DNA of 63,828 bases, filler included, from Sphaeroforma arctica JP610 (lineage: Eukaryota), in the NCBI RefSeq assembly GCF_001186125.1. It is 5 parts of 2 records of this genome, joined end to end, with 100 filler letters (N's around TTAATTAATTAA, not from the genome) between each part and the next. Parts side by side here need not be neighbours in the genome. Positions count along the whole stretch, not along the records: positions 13,071 to 30,599 come from NW_014040554.1; positions 30,700 to 51,306 come from NW_014040554.1; 3 more parts are not named here. One strand, written 5' to 3'. Every line of letters begins with the position of its first letter. The first letter of the stretch is position 1. The translations under genes and the position numbers were made by a program. The notes beneath the pieces are model-generated. The model did no database searches and was not told where the DNA came from. It saw nothing but the letters and a program-made list of their open reading frames with translations. Below, in pieces: positions 15,564-39,045 of the stretch.

Positions 15564-16318
15564 NNNNNNNNNNNNNNNNNNNNNNNNNNNNNNNNNNNNN
15601 NNNNNNNNNNNNNNNNNNNNNNNNNNNNNNNNNNNNNNNNNNNNNNNNNNNNNNNNNNNNNNNNNNNNNNNNNNNNNNNNNNNNNNNNNNNNNNNNNNNN
15701 NNNNNNNNNNNNNNNNNNNNNNNNNNNNNNNNNNNNNNNNNNNNNNNNNNNNNNNNNNNNNNNNNNNNNNNNNNNNNNNNNNNNNNNNNNNNNNNNNNNN
15801 NNNNNNNNNNNNNNNNNNNNNNNNNNNNNNNNNNNNNNNNNNNNNNNNNNNNNNNNNNNNNNNNNNNNNNNNNNNNNNNNNNNNNNNNNNNNNNNNNNNN
15901 NNNNNNNNNNNNNNNNNNNNNNNNNNNNNNNNNNNNNNNNNNNNNNNNNNNNNNNNNNNNNNNNNNNNNNNNNNNNNNNNNNNNNNNNNNNNNNNNNNNN
16001 NNNNNNNNNNNNNNNNNNNNNNNNNNNNNNNNNNNNNNNNNNNNNNNNNNNNNNNNNNNNNNNNNNNNNNNNNNNNNNNNNNNNNNNNNNNNNNNNNNNN
16101 NNNNNNNNNNNNNNNNNNNNNNNNNNNNNNNNNNNNNNNNNNNNNNNNNNNNNNNNNNNNNNNNNNNNNNNNNNNNNNNNNNNNNNNNNNNNNNNNNNNN
16201 NNNNNNNNNNNNNNNNNNNNNNNNNNNNNNNNNNNNNNNNNNNNNNNNNNNNNNNNNNNNNNNNNNNNNNNNNNNNNNNNNNNNNNNNNNNNNNNNNNNN
16301 NNNNNNNNNNNNNNNNNN

Positions 16319-16517
16319 TTAATAGAACTATATTTGCCTTCCAAATCTATTTATACCTGAATACTTCGGTAGCGAGATGGCTCAACCGAACACCATTAAA
16401 AGGCCCCAGTAAAATACCAATCATACGGTTTGGTCTAGTTCTATTAATAGAACTATATTTGCCTTCCAAATCTATTTATATCTGAATACTTCGGTAGCGA
16501 GATGGCTCAACCGAACA
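16319..16517 (+). repeat. 74-bp direct repeat, 125-bp period, at contig edge
   Basis: ttaatagaactatatttgccttccaaatctatttata(c/t)ctgaatacttcggtagcgagatggctcaaccgaaca at 16319 and 16444. Confidence 0.85.
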
Positions 16518-17399
16518 TAGGTTTCTAAGGACTATTAGCGTTGCTTAGTTTATCCTCCGTTCAGCCAACCAGATGTGCCAGTCTGATGAAGGCTAAGTCG
16601 GTAATTCTTGATAAGTGGCAAGTTTTTGGTTAATACAATAACTATGTACATCAAGAGTATTTTTCTTTTTTCTTTTCTTTTCTTTTTTTCTAAAGATAGG
16701 ATTTTATAATTCGCCCCAGCGAAACATATCATAGTTTCTAGTAGAGCGACAATGAAATACTAAATAAATTCCCTTCGGCGAAAACAGTACTGAGAGGATT
16801 ATATATAGGCAATGTCTCAGCCTCACAATCCCTCAGAGTATTGCTGTTTTCACGAGGCATACCTAACTTTACTAAAAGACTCATTTCGTTTATTTACATT
16901 GAATTTAATTATACTTAGACTTAACCTAAGCGTTTAATTACTCTAAGACGTTAATATCGCCTTGATAGACCGAAACTTACAATAATTAGTAATATCATAC
17001 AGCATTTCTACAAGTTTAAAGTTCTTCTCTCCAAGAAACTTCCAACATTTACTGTAATTTACTCACATCTATCCATGAAAACAGTAGGTTTGTGAGTTAT
17101 AGCTGCAGTGTTTGCTAATGACTGCATGTGCATTTCATGGACAGTGCGTCAGCTGTTGTAAGCAATTTATTACTACGAAAATCATTCAATAAAGAACAGC
17201 TAGAGGTACGTCCTGTGTGATCGAGGATATTAAGGCTCTTCCCAAGAGGCAGTCCCGATCATTCTTACACAAGCTACCACTGCTAAATCCTAACTGACTT
17301 AAGTTGTATTTTAGTTTATATAGAATAGTTTAAAACATAGAAATATCCATTGAAGTTTACAGAGGGGAGAGCTGCGTTACAACATCCGGTCAACCAATT

Positions 17400-19936
17400 T
17401 TAATATGGAGACACAGCGTACCAAAAGATTAGACCACCTTATCAACAGACCAGGTCAGAGGAGCAAACACCAATTCATGTCATAATTGCAATGCGATTGA
17501 CGAAAACCTCGGACAGGACGCCTCGAGGGGAAACCCTTTTGCAGCCCAAGCGATGCTCCACACGGTGACAAAGGGCGGCAACCTGCGACCGGTTTTAACG
17601 TCGATCTACAACTTAGACACAGCCACGTTACTACGAGAGATGCAGAAACTTCAACAAGCGGGACGCAAGTTAGCCAATGCAGCATTCCCTAGGAATCAGA
17701 TACCTACCGTAATGGAATTGTTTGATGTGCCGGGCCCAGGACGAGTAGCAGCACATGCAGCGTGCCTTCTGTCATCACAATACACCAATCATAGACAGGA
17801 TGTTGACGGTTACAGTTCGGACCTACGAACCACACCTGACAGATATTCGTGACCAGCATGGGCAGAGACATAAGTAGAACATACGGCAGAGACTACAGCA
17901 GGTCATCGAGTTGCAACGATAGGTACGATAGGAATAATATGTATGTTCGCATGAGACAACGCTCACAATCACCCAACACCCGGACAAGACAGTGTAGCAA
18001 ATGCACGTTGCGACATTCCAGTCGTAACTGTCCAGAATGCCACCTCTGTCACAAGACAGGTCATTACAGGAATGTCTGTCCAAAAGCTAGTACAACTATG
18101 ATGGGAGGAGCGGCAGAACAAGTGGACAGGCCACCTGATAATCAGGAGGAAGTGTTACCTTATAGGCCATCGTCACCACAGTGACATCCAGCAGCAGCGA
18201 CTAAGACGGACGAGGAAGTAGATGTACATGTAGAAGAATGTTTGGGACCGGTCACAGAAGCACTATGTGAAGATGAACATGCATGGATATATAATGATAC
18301 CAGCGCAAGACCAGCTATGATCAGGGGCGAATATGCAAGGAAACACCAGTTCCCAATAACATCATCTAACCCGATATCTTTGAAAGGGTTTGGCGGTAGT
18401 GGTGAAGCAGTGTTGACACAAAGAACCACAGTAACACTGTTGTTACAAGTGCAAGCACCGGATGGGGTTCCAAAATCCTATGAGACTAATGAGATATCTT
18501 TCTTGATCTCTGAGTGGCTACCGCAAGACTGTGATGGATTAGTGGGGTTTGACGTTTTACAGGACAATTTATTGGGCACAAATTGGGATAGGAGAACAGA
18601 ACCACCTACTTTTGTGATGCAATTATCAGAGGTGCAGGATGTAGGATTCCTTATTCCTAAACAGGAGGAGTCCTGGTCAGCAATAGACGAACAACGGGTA
18701 CCGGACTTGGACGGCAAACTCCCGGATGAGTATGATTTCTCGTACCTGGAAAGAGTAGGACAATTACTGTGTAAGCCCAAGGAAGAAGTAGACAGAATAA
18801 AAGCGAAGTTCCTGCAGGCTAGATATGACCCCAGATATACGAAATTTATCAATAATGTCCAGGTGAAGCTACAGCCTAGAAACGACGCACAGTCCTTGCG
18901 ATCTATATACTCACGAAGAACCCTATCCTGCAGGTGGTAGAAATTAAAGAAGGTTCAGCAATTAATCGACAGGGCAAGGCCGGGGAAAGAAAGAAATTTA
19001 GTAAATGAGTCGGCTCAGTAAAAACAGTACAGAAAAACAAACGTGTAAAGCCGAAGGACCTAAAGGACTACAGAATAACCATCAATTAAATCAAAATGAA
19101 CAAACGAATGGTACGGGTGGCATATCAATTACCGCTAGAGGAGGATATGGGAACACATGGAACGAACGAGTTGATAACAACAGTAGCAGACTTGGCAGCG
19201 TCCTACCACCAGCTAGAGGTGGAACCGGAATCACGTGACTATTTAACGCAATTTACTTCAAGTTCCACAGACCTACAAGCCTACAAGATGGCATAGAAAT
19301 GAAGCGTTCGACATGCAGCACTACACAGAGACAGTCTTTGCAGAAGTTGAAGACCACAAGCCGTACAAAGACCACAACAAGATAGCGACACACCGTCGAC
19401 ACTAGGAATCAGTGGTTCAGACCTTGGAAAAGCACTGGCAGCAAGTCATCCAGTTCGTAGATATTTGTATTAAGGATAAGATCCAGTTACAACCCAAGAA
19501 AACACAAATCATGCCCTGGCGAACATACCAACAGGTTTCTATGGACGTGAGCAGGTGGGAATGCATATATGATTCTCAAGGAACGAGCACAAGATTCGAT
19601 AGACCGGCACCATCCAACAGGCAAGAACTAATCTTACTACTTGCAGTCATGAGTTGGTGGAGCAAATACATACCGAATATGGCTGCTATAGCAGTTTCGA
19701 TGTCGGACTTATCCAAGAAAGGTGCCGTCTTCAAATGGGGAGCGTCACAGCAGACAGCACTACAGAAACTGCGCACGCTAATCATGAGAAGGATCAAGAT
19801 TTATGAACCTTCGTCACACCAGCAATTGGTGGTAATGCCAGATGCGTGTAATGTGGGAGTTGGTGCGACGGTGTTTACGCAGATACCACCGGCAGGCACG
19901 GAAAAGTGGGACAAGGAACAGACATGCATAGCGTAA
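17400..19936 (+). mobile_element. Degenerate Ty3/Gypsy internal region: gag (two zinc knuckles), protease, RT, RNase H
   Basis: CSKCTLRHSSRNC-PE-CHLCHKTGHYRNVC (17993-18079); aspartic protease IYNDTSA...DGLVGFDVL; RT DLAASYHQLEVEPESRDYL; MSWWSKYIPNMAAIA...FKWGASQQTAL; RNase H VVMPDACNVGVGA. Several stops and frameshifts; no integrase seen. Confidence 0.88.
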
Positions 19937-20640
19937 TGTGTAAGATATCGCGAAGCACTAGGTTTACGGCCGTCGAAGCTACATCCACAAACGCCAAGGC
20001 TGGTCATCTCAGAATAGGAGAAATCTATCTATGACAATAAAGATAAACCTGAAGTAGTATATTACCCAATCGACGATCTTCGCACTCTACCGAGGTTCAA
20101 ATCGTTTGTACCGATTTAACGGAATAAAAAGGAAAACCTCTCCCAACATTGTGGTCGTTTCCTGTTAAATACGTGTTGTGAACGCGGCACACCGCCTCAA
20201 CCTAATATAGATAATATATGGTAAAATATAAAAATAAAATAAAGTATATGCTAGCTAATGCTCATTTGGAATATGATGTGACCCCTGGTGAAGTTTCTAA
20301 AAGGGAGCGGTCCTATCCGCATAGCGAGTCATGTCAATAAAACTTGTTGCATCGCATCCAAGTAAATGGAGGTTTTCAAAACAATGTCATTTCGCAGCGA
20401 ATAAATTCCAGCTGGTACAGATCCAAGTCACACCACCCAGCAAACCGTTCACAGACGCACAAGCACAATAGCAGATCGGCTATTTAAGTACTTCTCTTTT
20501 CGATTTTATTGTTTCATAGAGCAACATATATCATGTTCCAGTTATAGTTATTGCTTGGTCGAACCTCCTTAAGCACAATAGCAGATCGGCTATTTAAGTA
20601 CTTCTCTTTTCGATTTTATTGTTTCATAGAGCAACATATA

Positions 20641-30461
<9,821 letters not shown>

Positions 30462-30599
30462 CTATATAAAGAGACGGGTGATAATATAAGCTATAATGTA
30501 AATTATGCAGTGAAGTGATTGTGACTGTATACGGACATATATATACATATACATATACATACATAAATATATAAATATACGTATGTACATATATATATA

Positions 30600-30699
30600 N
30601 NNNNNNNNNNNNNNNNNNNNNNNNNNNNNNNNNNNNNNNNNNNTTAATTAATTAANNNNNNNNNNNNNNNNNNNNNNNNNNNNNNNNNNNNNNNNNNNN
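30600..30699. other. Artificial scaffold linker
   Basis: N44-TTAATTAATTAA-N44. Confidence 0.95.
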
Positions 30700-30768
30700 G
30701 GCGATTTGCCATGCGTGCTGCAATATATTTACAGTCAGACGGTACCCTACACACTTAAATTCACAATG

Positions 30769-33700
30769 CTATGTATGAAGGTCTGCAGAGTGTATGTGGG
30801 AGTGTATGTGCGAGCTGATAGATAACAAGTGAGAGGAGTCGACATCTCCGGATGACAGAGCATCCAGGGATGCTGTGAACAATGACAGGTCATTATGTAG
30901 TATGAAAATGTCCATCTTATTCTCGAAAACTGATTTGAGAGTAGAGGAACGATGAATACCAATGGGTCGCATTGGAAGTACTGATAGACTCGCTGACAGC
31001 GTCCCACCTACGCATATATGGGCGGTATCATCCTATGTATGTAGAGATAGCAATTGACATGTAATATCTTCAGAAAAAGATATGTTTACGTTCAACAATG
31101 AAAACAAAGTTAAGTCTTCGTTCTGACATATAACTAAAATTATATTCCCACGAAACCTCACAGTCAACCGTCATTTCAGTACGCTCAAAGAGTGGCTGCT
31201 GATACCTTGACAAGCAGTATCTCGAAAGCACTTACTTCTAGGGTTGCTTGCGTTATCGACCTCGTCACAGTCATCCCATCCTACCACCCCTGTCAGTGAG
31301 GAATAAAAAATTGATGTCAATCAGATCGAATAAATGTTTTATCAGGAACTGGATTCGGCTTGTACATACATACGTCTAGAGATGGACTTCATGCGTACTA
31401 CTGTTAGTATACGGCATTGCCTATACTGTGTTTCTAGGTAATTCACGCAGCCTTTTGAAACTGACTGAGGGGTGTACAATTTGAGATTATTTCTGTTAGA
31501 AGACGTTATGGTGTGCAGAGATCTAGCCACGAACAAGCTCGAGAAACTACTGCCTTTCTAAGTAGGATACATGTATGCATGTACAAAGACGTCCCATGTA
31601 AATATAAACCTGCAACAGTGACAGCGGCACTACCGCATTTTTTTTTGCATGCACTCGTGGGTCCACAGCACAAGCTGCTGGTCGCCAGTTGAGGTAACGA
31701 AAAGTTGAGCGCATATAAACTAATAATGTGCGTGTAGACTAAGATTTGTTTACATGTACTCTCATATGTGTACCGAACTTGTATATAACAGTACAACGCG
31801 CACACAAGCAGCGCCTCACGTACCTATGTCCCTGTTTACTTCCACTGTGAGCTGACAATTGATGGCGAGGGTAGACATCGTCTTTGCGAGTGTGTTGATG
31901 AACACAGTGCCACACATTCCGCTGTCTGGTATGAACGAGTACGTGCCCGTGCCTGCTTCTGCCTATGGAGAGAAACATTTACATGCACATAAATTGTACG
32001 TTATGAGCAGTCGCTAGATAGCACTTTCCAATATGATATCACGCATACTGCGGTTGTTTTACACTCACGCATATACAGCACGTGTTCTAGAATGTCATGT
32101 GTATATACATGCCCTCCCATAAGTATTTAGCCATACTATATAGGATTACTCATATAACTTCAGATACATGCGCATGTGCATCGCATTTGACGAGGCGAGT
32201 ACTGGCAAATTAATATCTCCGTAGCCGCGCCCATTCACACAGTATTTACGTACCTGTGCGTACTTGAATCTGTATTTGTTTGACTCCACTTGTTCACATA
32301 TGCAAACACGTACATACTCTTGTATTCTCACGCGCGGGGAATGCAAGTCGATTTACTAATACCGGTTTGTTAGCGTCATACGAAAGAGCTTGCACAATAT
32401 TCCAGACTATTATACTCACCAAGTACGTAGCCGAGAAGGCTATAACATACCAAATCGCGCAGCAGACCACTTTGGACATTATATCCGAAACCAAACGTAT
32501 TGATTTGACAACCCAGCGGTATTGCTGGATCAGACAGGTATTTGTGGTTCAGCGTGAAATCCTCTCATCGGAGTGCTCGTGGGGACGCCATCTACAACAA
32601 GGATAAAGTCCAAGATAGCACACTTAAACTGCATGCGCAATGAAAAGTGTACACAATTAGTACAGACTATTAGGTATATTGATGGACTGAAATGCAGAGG
32701 TCACAGATCCGCAGCAAGTATACACATCATTTGTTTTATAACATTGATTCGCACGTTGCACTACTCCACATGTCCAAGATAGTTATAATACACTGAACTT
32801 TCGAAGAAAGTGTTCCAGACTGATTGCATGTACATGTGCGTATTTTGAGCTGGAATACGACCATGGATATGTGCCAGAAAAAAGACCATCCCAAGTCTAC
32901 AAAAGGTCAGTAGAATATCAGCGACACCCATTTAAGTCACTAAGAAGTATGAATGCGGCACACTATAGGTGAAAATATAGTGAAAATCCTAAACACGCCA
33001 GTGAGAGGCATAATCGAACCACGCACAACCTCAATTGTCTGCTTGCGGCGTACAGGGCTTCGGAATAGCCATTGGCTAGTTTAAAGACCTATTGATACAA
33101 TCTATACACAGGTAGGCGCTACTATGACAATAGAACCACAGGATAATCTTTAGTAAAACATATATACCAGTGAGAAGCATGATGGACGCACATCGCGTGA
33201 TGTCCGCACGAGTTAGTACTAGATGAATGCTCGAATCTAGGCCTGCCCATAGATTGGTACCGCCTGCTGCATTCATGTGACCAACCTTGGTTAAGGCCAA
33301 CTCAGTGCCTCTACAAGTGAGTAGGAAATATTCATAATGGACATTAAGGGAGGAGTATAGTGATTTTACCGTTATGTGCGCAGAAGGTGCAGTATAGAAT
33401 TTTCCTACGGCCGTTTTAGTGTCTCAATGGGTGGGGTATGGCTTTGTGAATGCCAATATCATAAGACAATCCGTACAGTTCATGTTCCGTAGTACTGCTG
33501 ATATAATCGACAGCACGCAGATCTCTTGGAAGTGTCCTAGCATCCACCAGGCAAGGGTGTAGAATATAAACTACAACCTAAGCTGACCAGCATGGACAAA
33601 TCATCTTCAATGCCTTGGCTACTGAGCCAGTTAGAAATGCAATCGAAGTATTGCATACACTGCATGTAGGAGTGAACTGATTGACCCAGACCCTTAATGA

Positions 33701-36517
33701 TGCGAACGTCACTTCGCTGTCTCTAACGGTGAGCTAGGTGTCATAACTAGAGCTTAAGATAATTCAGTCTATATGGATTCTTGGTGGTCCGCAGTTTTGG
33801 ACTGTAGTATCTAGCCCTTGCCACGCCCTGGGAGGGGTGTGGACATATCGTATCACACTGTAGAGAGGGCTATTGCACTCAATGCTAGAAGTACAATTTG
33901 TACACCTTGTAAAAGTACAATTTTCACATCTTGTACAACTCAGTCTCTGCGCACATATGCAACTGAGAAAGTGAAAACGTGTGGTATTAAGTTGTGGAGA
34001 TCTGCGGTATACTGATGCAAAGGACAAAGCAACAACTACCCACACAAAATGGACAAAAAGCGATGTAACCACAGATGATAAGAAGCCTCCCAAACATTAT
34101 TTCTCGGAATACAAGCGCTAAACAATACATACTCTGTATCCATGACAGTCAGAGGAAGTACACAGTGAGCGTTCGTGCTGAACGAAACAATGGCCAATCT
34201 GGAATCTGCGGATAGCGAATAGATGATGGTGGTGATGGCGTGCTTCACCAGGTCCAACAGAGTCAGCCCATGGGTCTCAGTCGGACCGCGTTCGGTTAGT
34301 ACCTAGTACAACGGTAGGATACAGGTTCAGTGATATGTCTACACGTGTGTGCATCTGACTATATAGTTATGATGACACGTGACATGTGAGTGAGGTACAC
34401 GCGTATAAATTTATGCACAAACAAACTGTTCATGTGACCAAAGCGAATCAACACATTTAAAAATTTCTTAGGAAAGCCACCAGGTAGTGCTTGTCAGCGA
34501 CGATAAAGTGCTTTAACATGCTCAGCATGGTCAAGGTGTGGGTCCAAAACACTGCCTCCGGTTGTATACTAATTTGGCTTTGTATTCACATGGGTAGGAG
34601 CATGCTACACGCAGCTGGAAGCTACGGCAGCCGTACCCATTGAGCGCGAGGCACTACACATTATATCGGTTGTATGCGACACACACCGCTTAAAATGGTA
34701 CCAGCATATAGTGGGCACACTCAAATCGCAAGCACAACAACATGTCATCAACGGGGTATTATACAACTTAACCCATGTGAGAGCGAGATGTTACCTCGGA
34801 TGTGGCAGCCATAGATCCAGACACGTCAACAACACAGACAACGTCCACAGGCATGACTGCCATCTGTTGAGCTGTGGGGTTGGGTGTGTTGATGTGTACA
34901 GCAACATCCATCATCATGCCATCAGTCTCATTCTCGGTAGACACTTCCTGTGTGTTATATTAAGTTGAGGAACTCCCAATAAGGACACACGACAATAAGA
35001 ATAGAATTGCCCATAGTTGAACGTAATCCGGTTTACATACGAAAACAGAGAACTATCTGTCGGCTGTTGTGCCCTGAAGTGCTGAAACTCAAGGGGTATC
35101 TCAAATCAACATCCTACAATCACCCGTTATATTTAGGATGAACTCGATACATGCACATATGGCATACAACACACTCGGGCAAATATAACACCTACTGTTG
35201 TCAATAAAACGCTGCGATCAATGGCATCACGCTCCTACATAGTCTCTGGATCGATTCGACTAATTTCTGGTTCCTTTGTGGACATCTCTCGACCTTTATT
35301 CGGCTTGTTTAGTCCCTCGAGAAGATGAGGAACAAAAAGAACTTCGCACCTAAGACATAGAGATATCAATTGGTCGGTTCGAATACCGATACCATCCTCG
35401 TCCCTCAGAAGGTTTGCAAAAGTAGTGTTTGCCCAGACTAGAAATAACACCGGCTATGAAAGAATAGTTCATAATATTGAAATGACTCATATTGCGTCAA
35501 CAATCTGGTTAAAACGGTCACATACACTATATGGATGAAGCAGAACGCTCAAACACACCCGTATAAAAAATAACAAAATTATCTACACGAAGAGAATTCG
35601 TATTCCCCCACGCTGAAACATGGAACCCACTATACACATCCGAGTGTATCATATATATACAAGAAGCATATCCAATTGGCATCGTGCTGTCGGACAAAGC
35701 GTTTTCTCACACGCTACTCGTGCCATTTATAAAGTGATTCTGCATGAATCTTTTTATAATTAAATTGATAGGAATTTGATAGTTATTACCCTAGGGACGA
35801 TATTTTAGTAAAATCCATGTGTCTCCAGGTAAAGAATACATATACACACCTTGTTCGTCACAGAGATATGGAATGTTTCTATCTCTACATCTAGTATTAC
35901 TTCTCAACTCCAAATACTAATAGGACCTTTTAAGCTATCCTGTAGGCTGTGGCCCTGCCAATACATCTTTGAAATCCAAAACAACATGATAGACCAAAGT
36001 ATGTATGTCTCAAGCGATGATCTTTTCACTCGACTCACATTAAAAGATGTGGAATGTAAGATGAACTCTCGCACATCATATAGTTGTGGCCACACAACCG
36101 GGTGGGTCCTCATATTAAGCGCCTCAACAATAGCATCTTGATACAACTTACTGTTTATTCCTATATTCCTATCGATGTACAGCAGATATCCAAACCAGAA
36201 AGTGTAAATCAACACAAAAGTCACGCTACCAAAACAGCCAGCCGAACGAACATAAATACGATTGAATAAAGCACTTGACCGCCATGTATTCAAATAAACA
36301 TCACTTGACAAACCTATCGATAAACATACCGATTGGGTACTAAATTTGCTATTGTCATGGGTGTGCGCGTGATCGGACTGACGCCGTGGCTTTCTAACCA
36401 CTGTTCAATTGCCGCTCTATCATAACAATTCCCCTCCGGGTCTACGACAGGGTCAGCCATAATCGCATGCGTGATGGGACAGGTAATTCCCTCCATTTTA
36501 TCAGTAGCCGACATCAT
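30769..36517 (-). pseudogene. U-box + von Willebrand A domain protein (Vint-family-like) with a frameshifted exon; pseudogene or assembly error
   Basis: Exons 36330-36517 (U-box: ITCPITHAIMADPVVDPEGNCYDRAAIEQWL...SPITRTPM...LVPNR), probable 36075-36168, 34795-34947 (PVDVVCVVDVSGSM; MIDAS DxSxS), 34133-34302 (GLTLLDLVKHA...LAIVSFS), 33168-33310 (GGTNLWAGL...IMLLT), 32451-32591 (DGVP...[frameshift]...INTFGFGYNVQSGLLRDL), 31824-31962 (AEAGTGTYSFIPDSGMCGTVFIN), 31236-31289, and ~30769-31007 (poorly conserved). Confidence 0.8.
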
Positions 36518-36859
36518 GATACACTTTCGTACTTGTGCTCCTATCCATCTAATACAGGCATAGCTCAATTATAGAGCTACATACGCGTAGATATTAGTAC
36601 ATTATAGTCAAAACTTCAACATCATCACACCCCAACATGGTAAGTATTTACTTTTCAAAATCAAAATGTGCATAAAAAGCGTGTCAATAGGCGTAAAAAG
36701 CGTACACGCGCAAAAAAATATATGGCTATGATTAGACTGAGATAACACTATTTACCGATGATGTCATCGTATTTTCCACAAAAACAAAAAAATTCACATC
36801 TGTCGGCTGGGTCATATTAGTGTAAAAAAAAATGTCAAGAAGCCCATACACTCGCCTAT

Positions 36860-37680
36860 TATTCACATACATATACACATACTTATTTACATACACATAG
36901 ATATGTCTTTCATACACACAATGCCATTTTACGTGTACACGTACACATAAACATACCTTTTGACATACACGTAGCTATTCACATACATATACAGATACAT
37001 ATTCATACACCCCTACACACGAACTTACCTATTGCATACTCACACATATGCCTATTCACATATACATACACATATAATATCCGTATACACATCAGCATGC
37101 GTATTGACGTGTACTTGTACTCACTTAAAACACCTATCCACATACACATGTACGTGCCTATTATTCACGCACACATGCACATAAATATATCTATTGGCGG
37201 ACCCATGTACATGTACATATGCACATATAAAAACCTGTCCACATACACATACACAACCTTATTCACATTCACATGTATATGCCTTAATACACACTTGTAC
37301 ATGTACACATACATATGGACATACACATACACTTAACGCACGCATACACATTCACATGTTTATTTACACGTGTACACTTACACATACCTATCCACATACA
37401 CATACACAAGCCTATTCACATGCCTATTCATACACTCACATGCCCATACCTATCCGCATATGCACACATATACATACACATGCATATCCATACCGCACAT
37501 ACATATACGTATACCTGTCCACATACATATATACGCGTGCCTACTCACACGTGCCTACTCATACGGGCCTACTCACACATACCTGTTAACATACCCATAC
37601 ATATACACGTACCTATTCACATACCTATATACCTGCGTGTTCGTGCACACATACACGTCCACGTTATTATATATCTAAAT
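36860..37680. repeat. Degenerate (CA/TA)-rich low-complexity array
   Basis: Recurrent cctattcacatacatatacac-like units. Confidence 0.8.
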
Positions 37681-37793
37681 ATTTACTAATATTTAGCATA
37701 TTTAGCTCGTACTTTCCACAAAACAATATTAAAAACTATATTAAAACTATTCAATAAATTACCTCCAGAGACTTGATTTCCGAAATGTGCTTC

Positions 37794-39045
37794 CCTGATA
37801 TGATCGAGAGACACATGTCTTTTTTCTTTGATGTAAGCAAACTCTTTTTCTACCCGTTGCGATATGTCTTCTTAATTCTTCCGACTATAATTAAAGGCAT
37901 TTTGTCTGGACACGGGTAGCAATATAATTTCCGACGATCTTAACATGTCGTCATAGCTAAATGTACAGTTTTTTTTAACCAGGCAAGAATATGTGCCTAT
38001 AGAGCACATGCATTTGAAACAAAGACGAAAAGAAAAAAAGGTTCACTTCACATACACATGTAAATTATAATACGCGACGCTGTATTAGAAAATTGCATGC
38101 AATTTATTGGAATCACAATTAGCGCTATTTTGTACTTTGCCAGAACAAGAACAAAGGTAGATATTTACCTTTTTTTAATTTTGTATTACATATACAGTAC
38201 AGTGGCACACCACAACGAGGTCTCGCATTGGTGAGGAAAAGGTCAAGGGGGCTCAACAGATGTTCGTACATACGACTATTCCTAAAATAGCTACAGAATA
38301 TCTAAATCAATGTTCAAAATTTTGAAAGACGTATATAATTACGCTGTAAATTTGGGCGCAGTGTACATACATATTATATTTCTAACTAAAGGTACAGTCT
38401 CTTTGACTTTGGCCTTTTTGGCTTTGCATCTGCCATTGTCATAAATTGTACTTTTTATATTTTTAAATATCTACTCTTGCTGCATAGCTCAAAGGCCTCA
38501 AACTATGGAGGACTCTTTTAAAAAAGTCTCCCGCCACTACGCCTAACATTCTCATTCACGGTTCACCACCTCTAGGCTCTATGTCTATTTACAATATCTT
38601 TTTTTGTAACTTTTTGAAAGAACGTATTTAGAAACAGGTGCACAGAAAGTATTTTTATAAGAAATAAATAAAAATGTACAAGAAAAATAAGTGCGTCCTA
38701 AATATGACCCCTATCTATTTACATAAATATTTAGATATTTACTCCTATCAAATGCATTTTGATTTTTGTTGCAAATGTAACGGAGTTAAAAAATTTACCG
38801 ACTGATCACTGAACAAGAAGTAAATAGTAAATACACTATACAGTGTAAATACCTGGGCTGGTTTCTGACAGCACTTTTCACTATGACGACATGTTAAGGT
38901 ACTTCTCTATGACGACACGTCCGGACGCTATGTCTTTTATTACAGTCAGAAGTCCGATTAACGTCATGTTTTTCTCCTAAGAAGACATATCGCGACGGGT
39001 AGGAAACTAGTTTGCTAATACGACGTGTCTTTGTCGTATACCAGG
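37794..39045. mobile_element. Non-autonomous foldback/MITE-like element with ~160-bp imperfect terminal inverted repeats
   Basis: 37939-37956 cttaacatgtcgtcatag is the exact reverse complement of 38881-38898; 37850-37874 matches the reverse complement of 38978-39002 at 24/25; outer ends cctg.../...cagg; AT-rich non-coding interior. Confidence 0.7.

Noticed and set aside
16520..17390. Possible 5' LTR of the Gypsy relic
   Set aside because: No matching 3' LTR, TG...CA pair or clear primer-binding site was found.
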